Shown here: in pieces, positions 38,341 through 47,710 of the stretch
Numbering within the stretch: the stretch's first letter is position 1
How the letters are laid out: each line of letters starts with the position of its first letter
Source: an uncultured Acidimicrobiaceae bacterium
GTDB lineage: Bacteria; Actinomycetota; Acidimicrobiia; Acidimicrobiales; Poriferisodalaceae
Assembly (NCBI GenBank): GCA_913020735.1
Contig: CAJWBN010000001.1
Coordinates: 1-53,393 of the forward strand
DNA: 53,393 bases
Direction: 5' to 3'
Program-made: the position numbers and the translations under genes
The notes under the pieces: model-generated
Databases searched by the model: none
Seen by the model: the letters and a program-made list of their open reading frames with translations, nothing else
Told to the model about the DNA's origin: nothing

Positions 38341-39225
38341 ATGACTGCGAGATTTGGCCGAGTTATTCCGGCGATGGTGACTCCGTTTTCCGATGACGGT
38401 GCTTTGAATATTGATGGGTCGGTCACTCTTGCTAAGTGGCTCGTAGAACAAGGAAGCGAAGGGTTGGTAATCACCGGCACGACTGGTGAGGGACCTGCTG
38501 TGACGGACGAAGAGGACTGGGAGTTATGGCGGGCCATAGCGGAGACTGTCACTGTGCCTGTGATTGCGGGGACTACGACCAACGACACTGCACATTCAAT
38601 CCAACAGACCCAAAAGGCGGAAGAACTTGGGTGTGACGGGATACTTGCTGTTACTCCGTATTACAATCGCCCGTCACAAGCTGGAATCTTTGCCCACTTC
38701 GAAGCTGTCGCCTCATCAACTAAATTGCCTGTTGTCCTATATGACATACCCGTTCGGACTGGCCGGAAGATAGAAACCACCACGCTGTTGCGGCTCGCCC
38801 ATGAAATTTCGAACGTCGTGGCTGTGAAGGATGCGGCTGGCAATCCGGGAGAGACAGCGAAAGTCATTCGTGATGCCCCTCAAGATTTTGAGGTGTACAG
38901 CGGTGACGACGCCCTGACTTTGCCACTTTTGTCGGTGGGCGCTGTGGGGGTCATTAGCGTTGCTGCACATTGGTCTGCGCCCGAACACGTGGCGATGATG
39001 GATGCTTGGGAATCAGGCAATGCTGACGAGGCTCAACGGATCAACAAGCTTTTGCTTGAAAGTTTTGATTACGAAACTGGTGACGAAGCTCCAAATCCGG
39101 TGCCAACGAAAGCAATGATGAGAACACTCGGGTTGGATGTGGGCGAACCTCGTCTACCAATGGGACCTACACCGGAGGGCTTAGAAGACAAAGCTCGAGA
39201 GGTGTACTCGCGGCTAAAGGCTTGA
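38341..39225 (+). CDS. dapA: 4-hydroxy-tetrahydrodipicolinate synthase
   Basis: AMVTPF, GTTGE, VTPYYNRP, LYDIP, AVKDA, SGDD. Confidence 0.96.
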   Translation: MTARFGRVIPAMVTPFSDDGALNIDGSVTLAKWLVEQGSEGLVITGTTGEGPAVTDEEDWELWRAIAETVTVPVIAGTTTNDTAHSIQQTQKAEELGCDGILAVTPYYNRPSQAGIFAHFEAVASSTKLPVVLYDIPVRTGRKIETTTLLRLAHEISNVVAVKDAAGNPGETAKVIRDAPQDFEVYSGDDALTLPLLSVGAVGVISVAAHWSAPEHVAMMDAWESGNADEAQRINKLLLESFDYETGDEAPNPVPTKAMMRTLGLDVGEPRLPMGPTPEGLEDKAREVYSRLKA

Positions 39226-39226
39226 A

Positions 39227-40888
39227 TTGGCAATATCCGATGTAGGCATAACGTTTCTTGGAGGCTTAGGTGAAGTAGGCCGCAACTGTACGTGTATTGA
39301 AATCGACGGAAAGCTGCTCCTAATTGATTTTGGGGTCATGTTCCCTGATGTCACGATGCCCGGCGTCGATGTGATTCTTCCTGACAACGTTTGGTTGAAG
39401 GAGCGCAGCGCAGACATTGTTGGCTTGATCGTGACCCATGGCCATGAAGATCACCTCGGTGGCGTGACACATTTGTTGCGAGAATTCGAAGTTCCCTTAT
39501 ATGGATCTGAGTTGACGATGGGGCTAGCTCAACACAAAGTGAGGGAAGCGAGGCTTGAGAGCCGCACTTCATTTCAAGTAGTTGCTGATGGAGATCGTCT
39601 AGATATAGGACCTTTTGATGTAGAGGTGCTGCCGATCACCCATTCGGTTCCACAGAGTCTGTGCGTTGTCTTGCACACGGATCAGGGTGTGATTGTCCAC
39701 ACGGGAGATTTCAAGCTTGACTCGGATCCAATTGATGGACGGTTAACCGCTATGGAACGGTTGGCAGAAATCCAACAAGATTCAGGTGTCCGCTTGCTGA
39801 TGGCGGATTCGACTAACGCTGATAAACCTGGGTGGAGTTCTTCAGAGTCGACGATCGGTGAAACCTTCAAAAGATTGTTTCCGGCATGGGCTGGGCGAAG
39901 ACTCATAGTTAGTTGCTTTGCAAGTCACTTGCACCGGGTGCAGCAAATCTGCGATGTAGCTATAAGTCAAGGGAGAACCATATTTCCACTTGGGCGATCG
40001 ATGGTGAACAATGTGCGGATAGCCAAAGAATTAGGGGTTCTAGATCTCCCGGATCGCTCGGTTGATTCGATTGACAAACTCAATGAATATGACCCCGAAG
40101 ATGTGTGCATAATCTGCACCGGCTCTCAGGGAGAGGCCAACGCTGCTTTGTCTCTTTTGGCGCGAGGAAATCACCCAGATTTTTCTTTAACCAGTAGTGA
40201 TGTCGTGTTGTTGTCAAGCCACCCAATCCCAGGCAATGAACTTCCCGTCTACCGAGTGATCAACAGGCTTACGCGGATGGGATGTGAGGTTGTGCACGAT
40301 GGCTACGAACACGTCCACACGACGGGACACGCGCAACGAGAAGAGTTGCACCATCTGTATCGAACAGTTCTTCCCGAGTGGTATGTGCCAATCGAAGGTG
40401 AACACCGCATGTTGCGCCGCAACGCAGATGTGGCGATCGAAGCTGGGCATGTAGAAGATCGAAGTATCGTCGCCAGTGACGGGGATCAACTGATTCTTGA
40501 TGATGAAGGGCTCCGGATTAGTGGACGGATTCCTGCTCCCTACCGCTATATCGATGGCCTCCTAGATGATTTGTCGCCAGAGTTGCTGGAGGACCGACGA
40601 AAGTTGGGGGAGGGCGGTTTTGTCCATGTCACCGTCGTATTGAACTTGGAAGATGGTTTATTGGGTCACCCTGAAATATCTACTCTGGGTTGGGTCGATG
40701 CTGAGCGGAGTGTTCAAGTTCTTGCTGAACTAGAAGTTCAAGTAGCCGAAGCCGTTGCTTCAGCTCTTGATGAACAGAAGGACATTGCGAGCATTGAACG
40801 GGTAATTCGTCGAGCTACCGGGCGATTTGTAGGAAACCGCACCCGGAGACGCCCTCCGATCTCAGCAACCGTGATTCTGGTTGACTGA
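39227..40888 (+). CDS. rnj: Ribonuclease J (motif-C His replaced by Glu)
   Basis: LGGLGEVGRN, THGHEDH, THS, TGDFK, DSTNA, TGSQGE, HTTGHA; dapA-rnj-ftsK synteny. Confidence 0.92.
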   Translation: MAISDVGITFLGGLGEVGRNCTCIEIDGKLLLIDFGVMFPDVTMPGVDVILPDNVWLKERSADIVGLIVTHGHEDHLGGVTHLLREFEVPLYGSELTMGLAQHKVREARLESRTSFQVVADGDRLDIGPFDVEVLPITHSVPQSLCVVLHTDQGVIVHTGDFKLDSDPIDGRLTAMERLAEIQQDSGVRLLMADSTNADKPGWSSSESTIGETFKRLFPAWAGRRLIVSCFASHLHRVQQICDVAISQGRTIFPLGRSMVNNVRIAKELGVLDLPDRSVDSIDKLNEYDPEDVCIICTGSQGEANAALSLLARGNHPDFSLTSSDVVLLSSHPIPGNELPVYRVINRLTRMGCEVVHDGYEHVHTTGHAQREELHHLYRTVLPEWYVPIEGEHRMLRRNADVAIEAGHVEDRSIVASDGDQLILDDEGLRISGRIPAPYRYIDGLLDDLSPELLEDRRKLGEGGFVHVTVVLNLEDGLLGHPEISTLGWVDAERSVQVLAELEVQVAEAVASALDEQKDIASIERVIRRATGRFVGNRTRRRPPISATVILVD

Positions 40889-41007
40889 ACCCGAATTTCT
40901 CTGGTGTTTCGGTACTCTCGCAAGTGTGAGATTGGCGCGCTCAATAAACCAAAAAGTTCGGGTCGTTGCAGAGGGCCGTGAACCGTCGACCAGAAAAGCT
41001 GTAATCA

Positions 41008-43344
41008 ATGAAGTCAGCTAAATCATCAATATTTCGACGGATGAGCGAAGCTGGTTTGCGCGGTCGCGGGACTGATGTAGCGGGGCTTTTGCTGCTGGTG
41101 GTTGCTCTTATCTCGTTGTTGGCACTTTTTGGCGACAAGGCAGGCATTGCTGGACGCTTACTAGAAAGTGTCATGAGTGTTCTGGTTGGAATCTTCCGCT
41201 ATGTCGTCCCATTCGCTCTTTTGTTGTGTGCCTATGCGATATTGAGAGACAAACGTAGTGAAAGGACCTGGCGGATTGCGTTTGGAGGAGCTCTTACAAG
41301 TCTTGCTTTTTCGGGGATGGCGCACTTACTCGGCGACGCCTCAGGTATCAGAACAACGCTTGAAGATTTACGATCTTCGGGCGGAATCTTGGGGGCTTTA
41401 GTAGCTGAGCCGCTTCGTGGGACCGTTGACGAACCTGGTGCTTGGGTCGTGCTGCTGTTAGGGGCCATGTTCGGGATTCTTATTGTTACTGACACGGGCT
41501 TGCGTCAGGTATTGGGTGCCGCAGCCTGGAGCGCTCGTCTTGGGGGGAAGCAAATTCGTCGCGGCTTTACGAGCTTGCAGAGCCTTGGGTCTGATCGCGA
41601 AGCATCAGAAAACCCGCAACGGCGTGAACGGCCTTTGCCTACGATTTCGGCTCCAGGAAGTGGGCTTCCCACCCTTGAGGCAGAAGTTGCTTCGAGCTAT
41701 GACGAGCCTGAAGCTTCCGAAGACTTTGATGCAACTCCGCAGCTCAACGAAGTATCTGAAGAGGAACCTGGTCTTCGCCCACCTACTGAGGATTTCGGTG
41801 AAGACGTCGAGAGCTCGCCGACAGACGATTTGCCGCCCGAACAGATGGAAATTGATTTAACGACTAGACCGACTGGAGAATGGGAACTACCTGGGCTCGA
41901 AAGCCTAGAAAGATCTGGCTCCCAAGATGTTGACGAACGCCTTCTTCAGAATGGTGCTCGTAATCTTGAAGCCGCGCTTGCTAGCCACGGCGTTGAAACA
42001 AGAGTGACGGGGATGGAAGTAGGCCCAACAGTTACTCGATACGAGCTGTCGCTTGGGAAAGGAGTCAAGGTATCCCGAGTTACTAGCTTGCATAAAGATA
42101 TTGCCTACGCGATGGCTTCGGCTGATGTTCGAATCCTTGCGCCAATCCCAGGTCGCTCAGCTATTGGCGTAGAAGTACCTAACGCTGACCGTCACCTTGT
42201 TGCTTTGGGGGACATTCTTTCCACCAAAACGGCATCAGATGCTACTCACCCATTGGAGGTAGCTCTGGGTCAGGACATCTCCGGAAATGCGGTCATGGCG
42301 AATCTTGCTTCGATGCCGCATGTGTTGATCGCTGGTGCGACTGGAGCGGGAAAATCATCTTGTATTAACTCGGTTATTACATCGCTGCTAATGAGAACCA
42401 CCCCAGATGAGGTTCGCATGATTCTGATCGACCCTAAGCGTGTCGAACTAGGCCAGTATGACCGCCTTCCTCATTTGCTAACACAAGTTGTGACGAATCC
42501 GAAAAAGGCGGCTAATGCATTGTCATGGGCGGTCAAAGAAATGGAACGCAGGTATGACGTTCTTTCCGAAATAGGCTTTCGTGACATAACTGGCTACAAC
42601 GCTGCGTATGACGAAGGCCGCCTTGCTTCTGACCTTAATGAAGAGCGCGAATTCGAACGGATGCCTTTTGTCGTGGTTGTTGTCGACGAATTAAATGACC
42701 TAATGATGGTCGCAGCCCGGGACGTGGAAGATTCCATTACTCGATTGGCACAAATGGCTAGAGCTGTTGGAATCCATCTGGTTATTGCCACCCAGCGTCC
42801 ATCAGTAAACGTGATAACTGGAGTAATCAAAGCGAATATTCCGTCCCGCATGGCTTTTGCTGTTTCAAGCCTTGCTGACAGTCGCGTCATTCTCGACCAG
42901 CCAGGCGCTGAGCGGTTAATTGGGAAAGGAGACATGCTGGTTCTGGGAGCTAACAGCAGCGTGGCTCAACGTGTGCAGGGATGTTGGGTTGGGGAAGCAG
43001 AGATACATCAAGTGGTGGCTCACTGGCGGAGACAGGCACCGAACACTAATTACATAGAAGGGGTCGAAGGTTCTGATGGGCGTGGCTCAGCAGTAATACC
43101 TGGTGGTTCATCGGGAGATGAAGGTGATGATGAACTGATGATGCAGGCGATGACCATAATCGTAGACACCCAACTTGGATCGACTTCTATGTTGCAGCGC
43201 AAACTTAAGGTTGGCTTTGCGCGAGCCGGACGGCTCATGGACTTGTTGGAACAACGTGGAGTTGTGGGACCTTCTATCGGTTCAAAAGCGCGTGATGTGT
43301 TGATGACTCAGGAAGAATTAGACGCGTTGCTCGCTGACCGTTGA
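41008..43344 (+). CDS. ftsK: DNA translocase FtsK
   Basis: 4-TM N-domain, GPTVTRYE, AGATGAGKS, IDPKRVEL, ATQRPS, gamma domain STSMLQRKLKVGFARAGRLMD. Confidence 0.97.
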   Translation: MKSAKSSIFRRMSEAGLRGRGTDVAGLLLLVVALISLLALFGDKAGIAGRLLESVMSVLVGIFRYVVPFALLLCAYAILRDKRSERTWRIAFGGALTSLAFSGMAHLLGDASGIRTTLEDLRSSGGILGALVAEPLRGTVDEPGAWVVLLLGAMFGILIVTDTGLRQVLGAAAWSARLGGKQIRRGFTSLQSLGSDREASENPQRRERPLPTISAPGSGLPTLEAEVASSYDEPEASEDFDATPQLNEVSEEEPGLRPPTEDFGEDVESSPTDDLPPEQMEIDLTTRPTGEWELPGLESLERSGSQDVDERLLQNGARNLEAALASHGVETRVTGMEVGPTVTRYELSLGKGVKVSRVTSLHKDIAYAMASADVRILAPIPGRSAIGVEVPNADRHLVALGDILSTKTASDATHPLEVALGQDISGNAVMANLASMPHVLIAGATGAGKSSCINSVITSLLMRTTPDEVRMILIDPKRVELGQYDRLPHLLTQVVTNPKKAANALSWAVKEMERRYDVLSEIGFRDITGYNAAYDEGRLASDLNEEREFERMPFVVVVVDELNDLMMVAARDVEDSITRLAQMARAVGIHLVIATQRPSVNVITGVIKANIPSRMAFAVSSLADSRVILDQPGAERLIGKGDMLVLGANSSVAQRVQGCWVGEAEIHQVVAHWRRQAPNTNYIEGVEGSDGRGSAVIPGGSSGDEGDDELMMQAMTIIVDTQLGSTSMLQRKLKVGFARAGRLMDLLEQRGVVGPSIGSKARDVLMTQEELDALLADR

Positions 43345-43382
43345 CGCAGCCCGAACCCAATTTCTAGAGCTAATGTCATTCA

Positions 43383-44291
43383 ATGACTGATTATGACGTT
43401 GTAGCTACAGGACTGCAGTTTCCAGAGGGCCCAGTTTGTATGGCTGACGGATCAGTTCTGTTGGTCGAGATAAAGCGCGGAACTATATCTCGTGTAGACC
43501 CCGATAACGGATCCGTTGAAGTAGTAGCGCAACCTGGAGGTGGACCAAATGGTGCCGCTGTGGGGCCAGATGGCGCTCTATACGTGTGTAACAACGGGGG
43601 ATTTATATGGGGGGAGTCACGAGGGCTGACCATCCCTGGCCTGGTTCCAGACGATTATTCGTCAGGTCGCATCGAACGCATCGACATAAACACCGGGCAG
43701 GTCGAAGTTCTTTATGCAGAAGTAGATGGCGTACCGCTAAAAGGCCCCAACGATATTATGTTTGATTCAAGCGGCGGATTTTGGTTCACCGATCATGGCA
43801 AGACTCGGGCCCGAACCAGAGATCGGGGCGGCCTTTACTATGGCCGGCCAGATGGATCTCTTGTTAAAGAAGTTTCGTTCCCTCTTGATGGACCGAATGG
43901 TGTTGGTTTGTCTCCATCAGAGGACAGGGTTTATGTGGCGGAGACGCATCAAGGGTCAATCCTTTACTGGGAATTAGCAGGCCCTGGAGAGCTGGCAGGC
44001 TCACCTCATGGAAGGTTTTTGGCCCGCCCTGCAGGTCGAAAACTTTTTGACTCTCTAGCCATGGATGCCGATGGAAATGTGAGCGTCGCGACTATCCAAA
44101 CCGGCGGGATTAGTACCTTTACTCCAGAGGGAGAAGAACTCGAGTTCTTCGCAGTCGATGATCCGCTTTGCACCAACATCTGTTTTGGCGGACCAGATCT
44201 GCGCACCGCATTCATAACCTTGTCGGGAACTGGACAGTTGATACGCACTGAGTGGCCCCGACCCGGGCTGCCCCTACCATTCTCAAGTTAG
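43383..44291 (+). CDS. SMP-30/gluconolactonase-family protein
   Basis: FPEGP, GPNG, GPND, PNGVGLSP, TNICFGG beta-propeller motifs. Confidence 0.88.
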   Translation: MTDYDVVATGLQFPEGPVCMADGSVLLVEIKRGTISRVDPDNGSVEVVAQPGGGPNGAAVGPDGALYVCNNGGFIWGESRGLTIPGLVPDDYSSGRIERIDINTGQVEVLYAEVDGVPLKGPNDIMFDSSGGFWFTDHGKTRARTRDRGGLYYGRPDGSLVKEVSFPLDGPNGVGLSPSEDRVYVAETHQGSILYWELAGPGELAGSPHGRFLARPAGRKLFDSLAMDADGNVSVATIQTGGISTFTPEGEELEFFAVDDPLCTNICFGGPDLRTAFITLSGTGQLIRTEWPRPGLPLPFSS

Positions 44292-44299
44292 GTCTTTGG

Positions 44300-45244
44300 C
44301 TAGGCAACGCAATGGGGGAGCTGACCTCCATTGAGAATGATCATGTCGGCGATGGCGGTCTCGAACCCGACCCAATCGTAGGTAGCTTCAGAATTTTCTC
44401 TATATGCGACATGAAGGTTGCCTGCTAAGCGTTCGCTGTCGGTCAGATGTTCAAATTCACCAAGATCGGTCGCTAATGCTTGTTCAATTGGGGTTCGTCC
44501 AGAGCGCACTCCTTGAGCGGCTGTCTCTTGCACAAATTCGAGATAAACCCGTTGACTCGTCAAGACTTCTTGGATTTCGGATCCAGAGAATGCTGGACCG
44601 TGACCGGGGACTATGACCTCAGCACCCTTGGTTTCTATGACGTTGAGAGCTGCGAGCGTTCCTTCCACCGACCCGAACAGGGCAAACGGAGTGCCACCGT
44701 GAAAGATTAGGTCGCCAGTAAAGAGAACCCCTTGGTCAGGTAACCAAGCCAAAATGTCACCTTCTGTATGGGCAACGAAACCCAAATCAAATAACTCAAT
44801 TTCTACTTCGTCGAGGTGAATCTTGGTGCTTCCTTCAAACGTAAGGTCTGGGGCACGGAATTGAAGATTGCCCCACTCAACAGATGGAAAGGCTGATCGA
44901 TAGTCAGGGATACCAGTGGCCATCATCACGTCTCGGCAAGAAGTGTGGCTGATGATGGCAGCATCTGGGAATAGATAGTTGCCGTGAGTGTGATCTGCGT
45001 GGTGATGGGTGTTGACCAATAACGTGACTGGGTTAGGTGTTACTGAAGCTATTGCATCGATGTAGGCGCGGTTTCGAAGCTCAGTTGAAGTGGTATCAAT
45101 ACTGACCACTCCGCTCTTGCCCACTATGAATCCGGTGTTGTTAATGAACCAAGTTCCATCAGGTTGTACATAGCTAAATACGCCAGGAGCCACTTCCTCT
45201 AATAGCCCCGGGCCGAGGTGGTCGTGTAAGTAATTCGTGCTCAT
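44300..45244 (-). CDS. Metallo-beta-lactamase-fold hydrolase (cyclase-like subgroup)
   Basis: THHHADHTHGN, AHTEGD, FTGDL, VPGHG. Confidence 0.88.
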   Translation of the reverse strand: MSTNYLHDHLGPGLLEEVAPGVFSYVQPDGTWFINNTGFIVGKSGVVSIDTTSTELRNRAYIDAIASVTPNPVTLLVNTHHHADHTHGNYLFPDAAIISHTSCRDVMMATGIPDYRSAFPSVEWGNLQFRAPDLTFEGSTKIHLDEVEIELFDLGFVAHTEGDILAWLPDQGVLFTGDLIFHGGTPFALFGSVEGTLAALNVIETKGAEVIVPGHGPAFSGSEIQEVLTSQRVYLEFVQETAAQGVRSGRTPIEQALATDLGEFEHLTDSERLAGNLHVAYRENSEATYDWVGFETAIADMIILNGGQLPHCVA

Positions 45245-45293
45245 AAACAGAGCCTACGTGCACGACCACCCTCTCTGGATCTACGCTTATGGA
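45245..45293. promoter_or_regulatory. Back-to-back leaderless promoters for the MBL (-) and P450 (+) genes
   Basis: TAGGCT on - (45256-51) and TACGCT on + (45282-87), each exactly 6 nt from an ATG; no SD on either side. Confidence 0.6.
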
Positions 45294-46481
45294 ATGAGCA
45301 CTGCCCCCGACCATGAATTGGATATAGATGTATTCGGTTCGGAATATGTTCAAGAAGCCCCGGAAGTCTGGAAACGCTTACGTTCAGAGTGTCCGGTGGC
45401 CCATACATCGCTTAACGGAGGCGGCTGGCTTCCTACTGACTATGAGAATATTTCATCTGTTGCTTACGACACAGAAAAGTTTTCGTCCCGAGACATCGGG
45501 GTAGCTCGCACCCCTGAAGGTGTGAGCTTGCTAGTCGCTCCTCCGATTACTTCTGACCCGCCGTTTCATACGGACGCTCGCCGAATGCTGTTGCCTTACT
45601 TCTCACCAAAATCGGTGGAAGAAATGCGGGAAATAACTCGCAGTATTGCTACTGAACTACTTGATGAAATCGACCCGTCAGACGTTGTTGACGCGGCTGA
45701 GCAATATGCCAGGTACATACCAGTCCGAGTTATCGGAGCGATGATCGGCCTGCCAGAAGAAGATTGCGAGATGTTCACGCGGTGGGCGACAGATATTTTG
45801 CAGAGCCACCCCGAAACTGAATGGGAGCGTTTAAGCACAGCAACCAAGGAAATTCTTGAGTACTTCGATGAGACCATTGCGGACCGTCGAGCAAATCCTC
45901 GTGATGACTTGATAAGCAAACTCCAAGGAGAGACGCTTCCTAATGGCGACCCGCTCACCGATAAACATATTTTGGGGACATGTTTTCTATTGCTGGTCGC
46001 TGGTATCGATACGACGTGGAGTTCGATAGCGTCGAATCTCCTTCACTTGGCAACGCATGAAGACGATCGACGCCGATTGGTTGAAGAGCCGGAATTGATT
46101 CCCACTGCTGTGGAAGAGTTTTTGCGGGCCTATTCGCCGGTAACTATGGCGCGCGTGGCTGCTGAAGACACTGAAATTGCTGGTTGTCCGGTTATGGCTG
46201 GAGACAAAGTGTTTTTGCCCTTCGGAGCTGGCAATCGTGATCCGGAGATGTTTGACGACCCGGATGAGGTGGTCATTGACCGACAAGAAAATCGGCACTT
46301 TGCTTTCGGTATTGGTATCCATCGATGCCTCGGCTCGAATCTCGCTCGAATGGAACTTGTGGTGGCGATGGAAGAATGGTTAAAGCGCTTTCCAGAGTTC
46401 TCATTAGCTGAAAATTCTGAGGTGCAGTGGGGTGGAACTCAGGTTCGAGGTCCTCGCTCTGTGCCTATTCGTGTGGGTTAG
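45294..46481 (+). CDS. Cytochrome P450
   Basis: SDPPFH, AGIDTT I-helix, EEFLR (ExxR), FGIGIHRCLG heme motif; start corrected to ATG 45294. Confidence 0.95.
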   Translation: MSTAPDHELDIDVFGSEYVQEAPEVWKRLRSECPVAHTSLNGGGWLPTDYENISSVAYDTEKFSSRDIGVARTPEGVSLLVAPPITSDPPFHTDARRMLLPYFSPKSVEEMREITRSIATELLDEIDPSDVVDAAEQYARYIPVRVIGAMIGLPEEDCEMFTRWATDILQSHPETEWERLSTATKEILEYFDETIADRRANPRDDLISKLQGETLPNGDPLTDKHILGTCFLLLVAGIDTTWSSIASNLLHLATHEDDRRRLVEEPELIPTAVEEFLRAYSPVTMARVAAEDTEIAGCPVMAGDKVFLPFGAGNRDPEMFDDPDEVVIDRQENRHFAFGIGIHRCLGSNLARMELVVAMEEWLKRFPEFSLAENSEVQWGGTQVRGPRSVPIRVG

Positions 46482-47709
46482 CTTCGGAGGGATTCGCATG
46501 ACCGGATTTGGTCTTGCGAACCATCGTGAGCACAACCGCAACCGCAAGTGCTGTGTATAGGGCGTAACCGACGGCGAGCGGGGTAACGGTTGAAGTTATT
46601 TGGCGATCAATGATTGCCCCGAGCAACGCACCGATAGACATGGTGATGAATCCGATTGTTGAGGCTGCGGTGCCTGCTACGGCGCCCATAGGCTCTAGGG
46701 CCATGGTTGTCATAGTCGGCATCATCACGACCATGGCAGCTATCTGAGCAGTCATCAGAACCATCCAGAGCCCAACTGGAGGAACACCATCTGTTGAAAG
46801 AGCCAAGGCCAGCATCAGCAAACTCACTCCCATTTGGAAAGCCAATGCGCCATGACCTAACTGCCGCGCTCCAACTCGTCCTACAACTCGAGATCCTGTA
46901 AGGGCTACAGCAGCCATCACAACCATGGTGATACTGAAATAAGGGACGAACCATGTGGGCTTTTGAAAGATCTCGCTGATTATCAGCTCGGAGCTGCTTA
47001 AGAAGCTATAGAAAGCTCCACCTGAGAAAAGGAGAGTGATTGCATAACCGATTGTCACTCGGTTTTGGAAAACTACTCTGAGGCCTTGTTTCGTTGCAGA
47101 GAAGCTGAGATCACGTCGGTTAGCACTATCTAGCGACTCTGTGATTCTGAAGGACCAACCCCAAATGATGATGGCTATAAGTAAGCCAAACAGCATTGTT
47201 AGTCTCCAAGATCCTCCTCCTCGAACAAGTAGGTCACCAATCACTGGAGCCAGGACTGGGCCAGCAAAGAAAATTGTTTGAACTATTGCCATAACTCGCG
47301 CCATATCATCGCCTTCGAATTTGTCGCGAATCATGGCTTGGCTGATAGTTCGAGGCGCTGCGCACCCGATTCCCCACAGAACCCTGGAAACTAAGAGAAA
47401 GCCAAGGTTCGGTGCCAGCGTGGATCCGAGTGCTCCCAATGCGAACAGGGCAATTCCAGCTCGTAAGACAGGTATCCGTCCGTAGGTATCTGCCAAGGGT
47501 CCATATACCGGCATTCCGATAGCCATGCCGACGAAGATGCACGTGATCGTCAGTCCTGGCAGGTTTGAGGTTGGTTCCATTCCGAACGAGGAACGTAAAT
47601 CAGCGAATGCAGGTAGGAGCATGTCTATGGATAGGGCGATGGCGCTAGTCAAAAGAGCAGTGAACGCTATGAACTCGCGGTCGCCTTGTACGCGAATTGG
47701 ACGGTTCAC
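46465..47709 (-). CDS. MFS transporter, Bcr/CflA drug-efflux-like
   Basis: ALSIDMLLPAF, GPLADTYGR, ~12 TM helices. Confidence 0.88.
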   Translation of the reverse strand: MNRPIRVQGDREFIAFTALLTSAIALSIDMLLPAFADLRSSFGMEPTSNLPGLTITCIFVGMAIGMPVYGPLADTYGRIPVLRAGIALFALGALGSTLAPNLGFLLVSRVLWGIGCAAPRTISQAMIRDKFEGDDMARVMAIVQTIFFAGPVLAPVIGDLLVRGGGSWRLTMLFGLLIAIIIWGWSFRITESLDSANRRDLSFSATKQGLRVVFQNRVTIGYAITLLFSGGAFYSFLSSSELIISEIFQKPTWFVPYFSITMVVMAAVALTGSRVVGRVGARQLGHGALAFQMGVSLLMLALALSTDGVPPVGLWMVLMTAQIAAMVVMMPTMTTMALEPMGAVAGTAASTIGFITMSIGALLGAIIDRQITSTVTPLAVGYALYTALAVAVVLTMVRKTKSGHANPSEANPHE

Positions 47710-47710
47710 C

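Noticed and set aside
40926-41021. Possible 31-codon leaderless uORF overlapping the ftsK start, or a frameshifted FtsK N-terminus
   Set aside because: An in-frame TAA just before the ftsK ATG argues against a simple frameshift extension, and nothing supports translation of the uORF beyond a -10-like hexamer.
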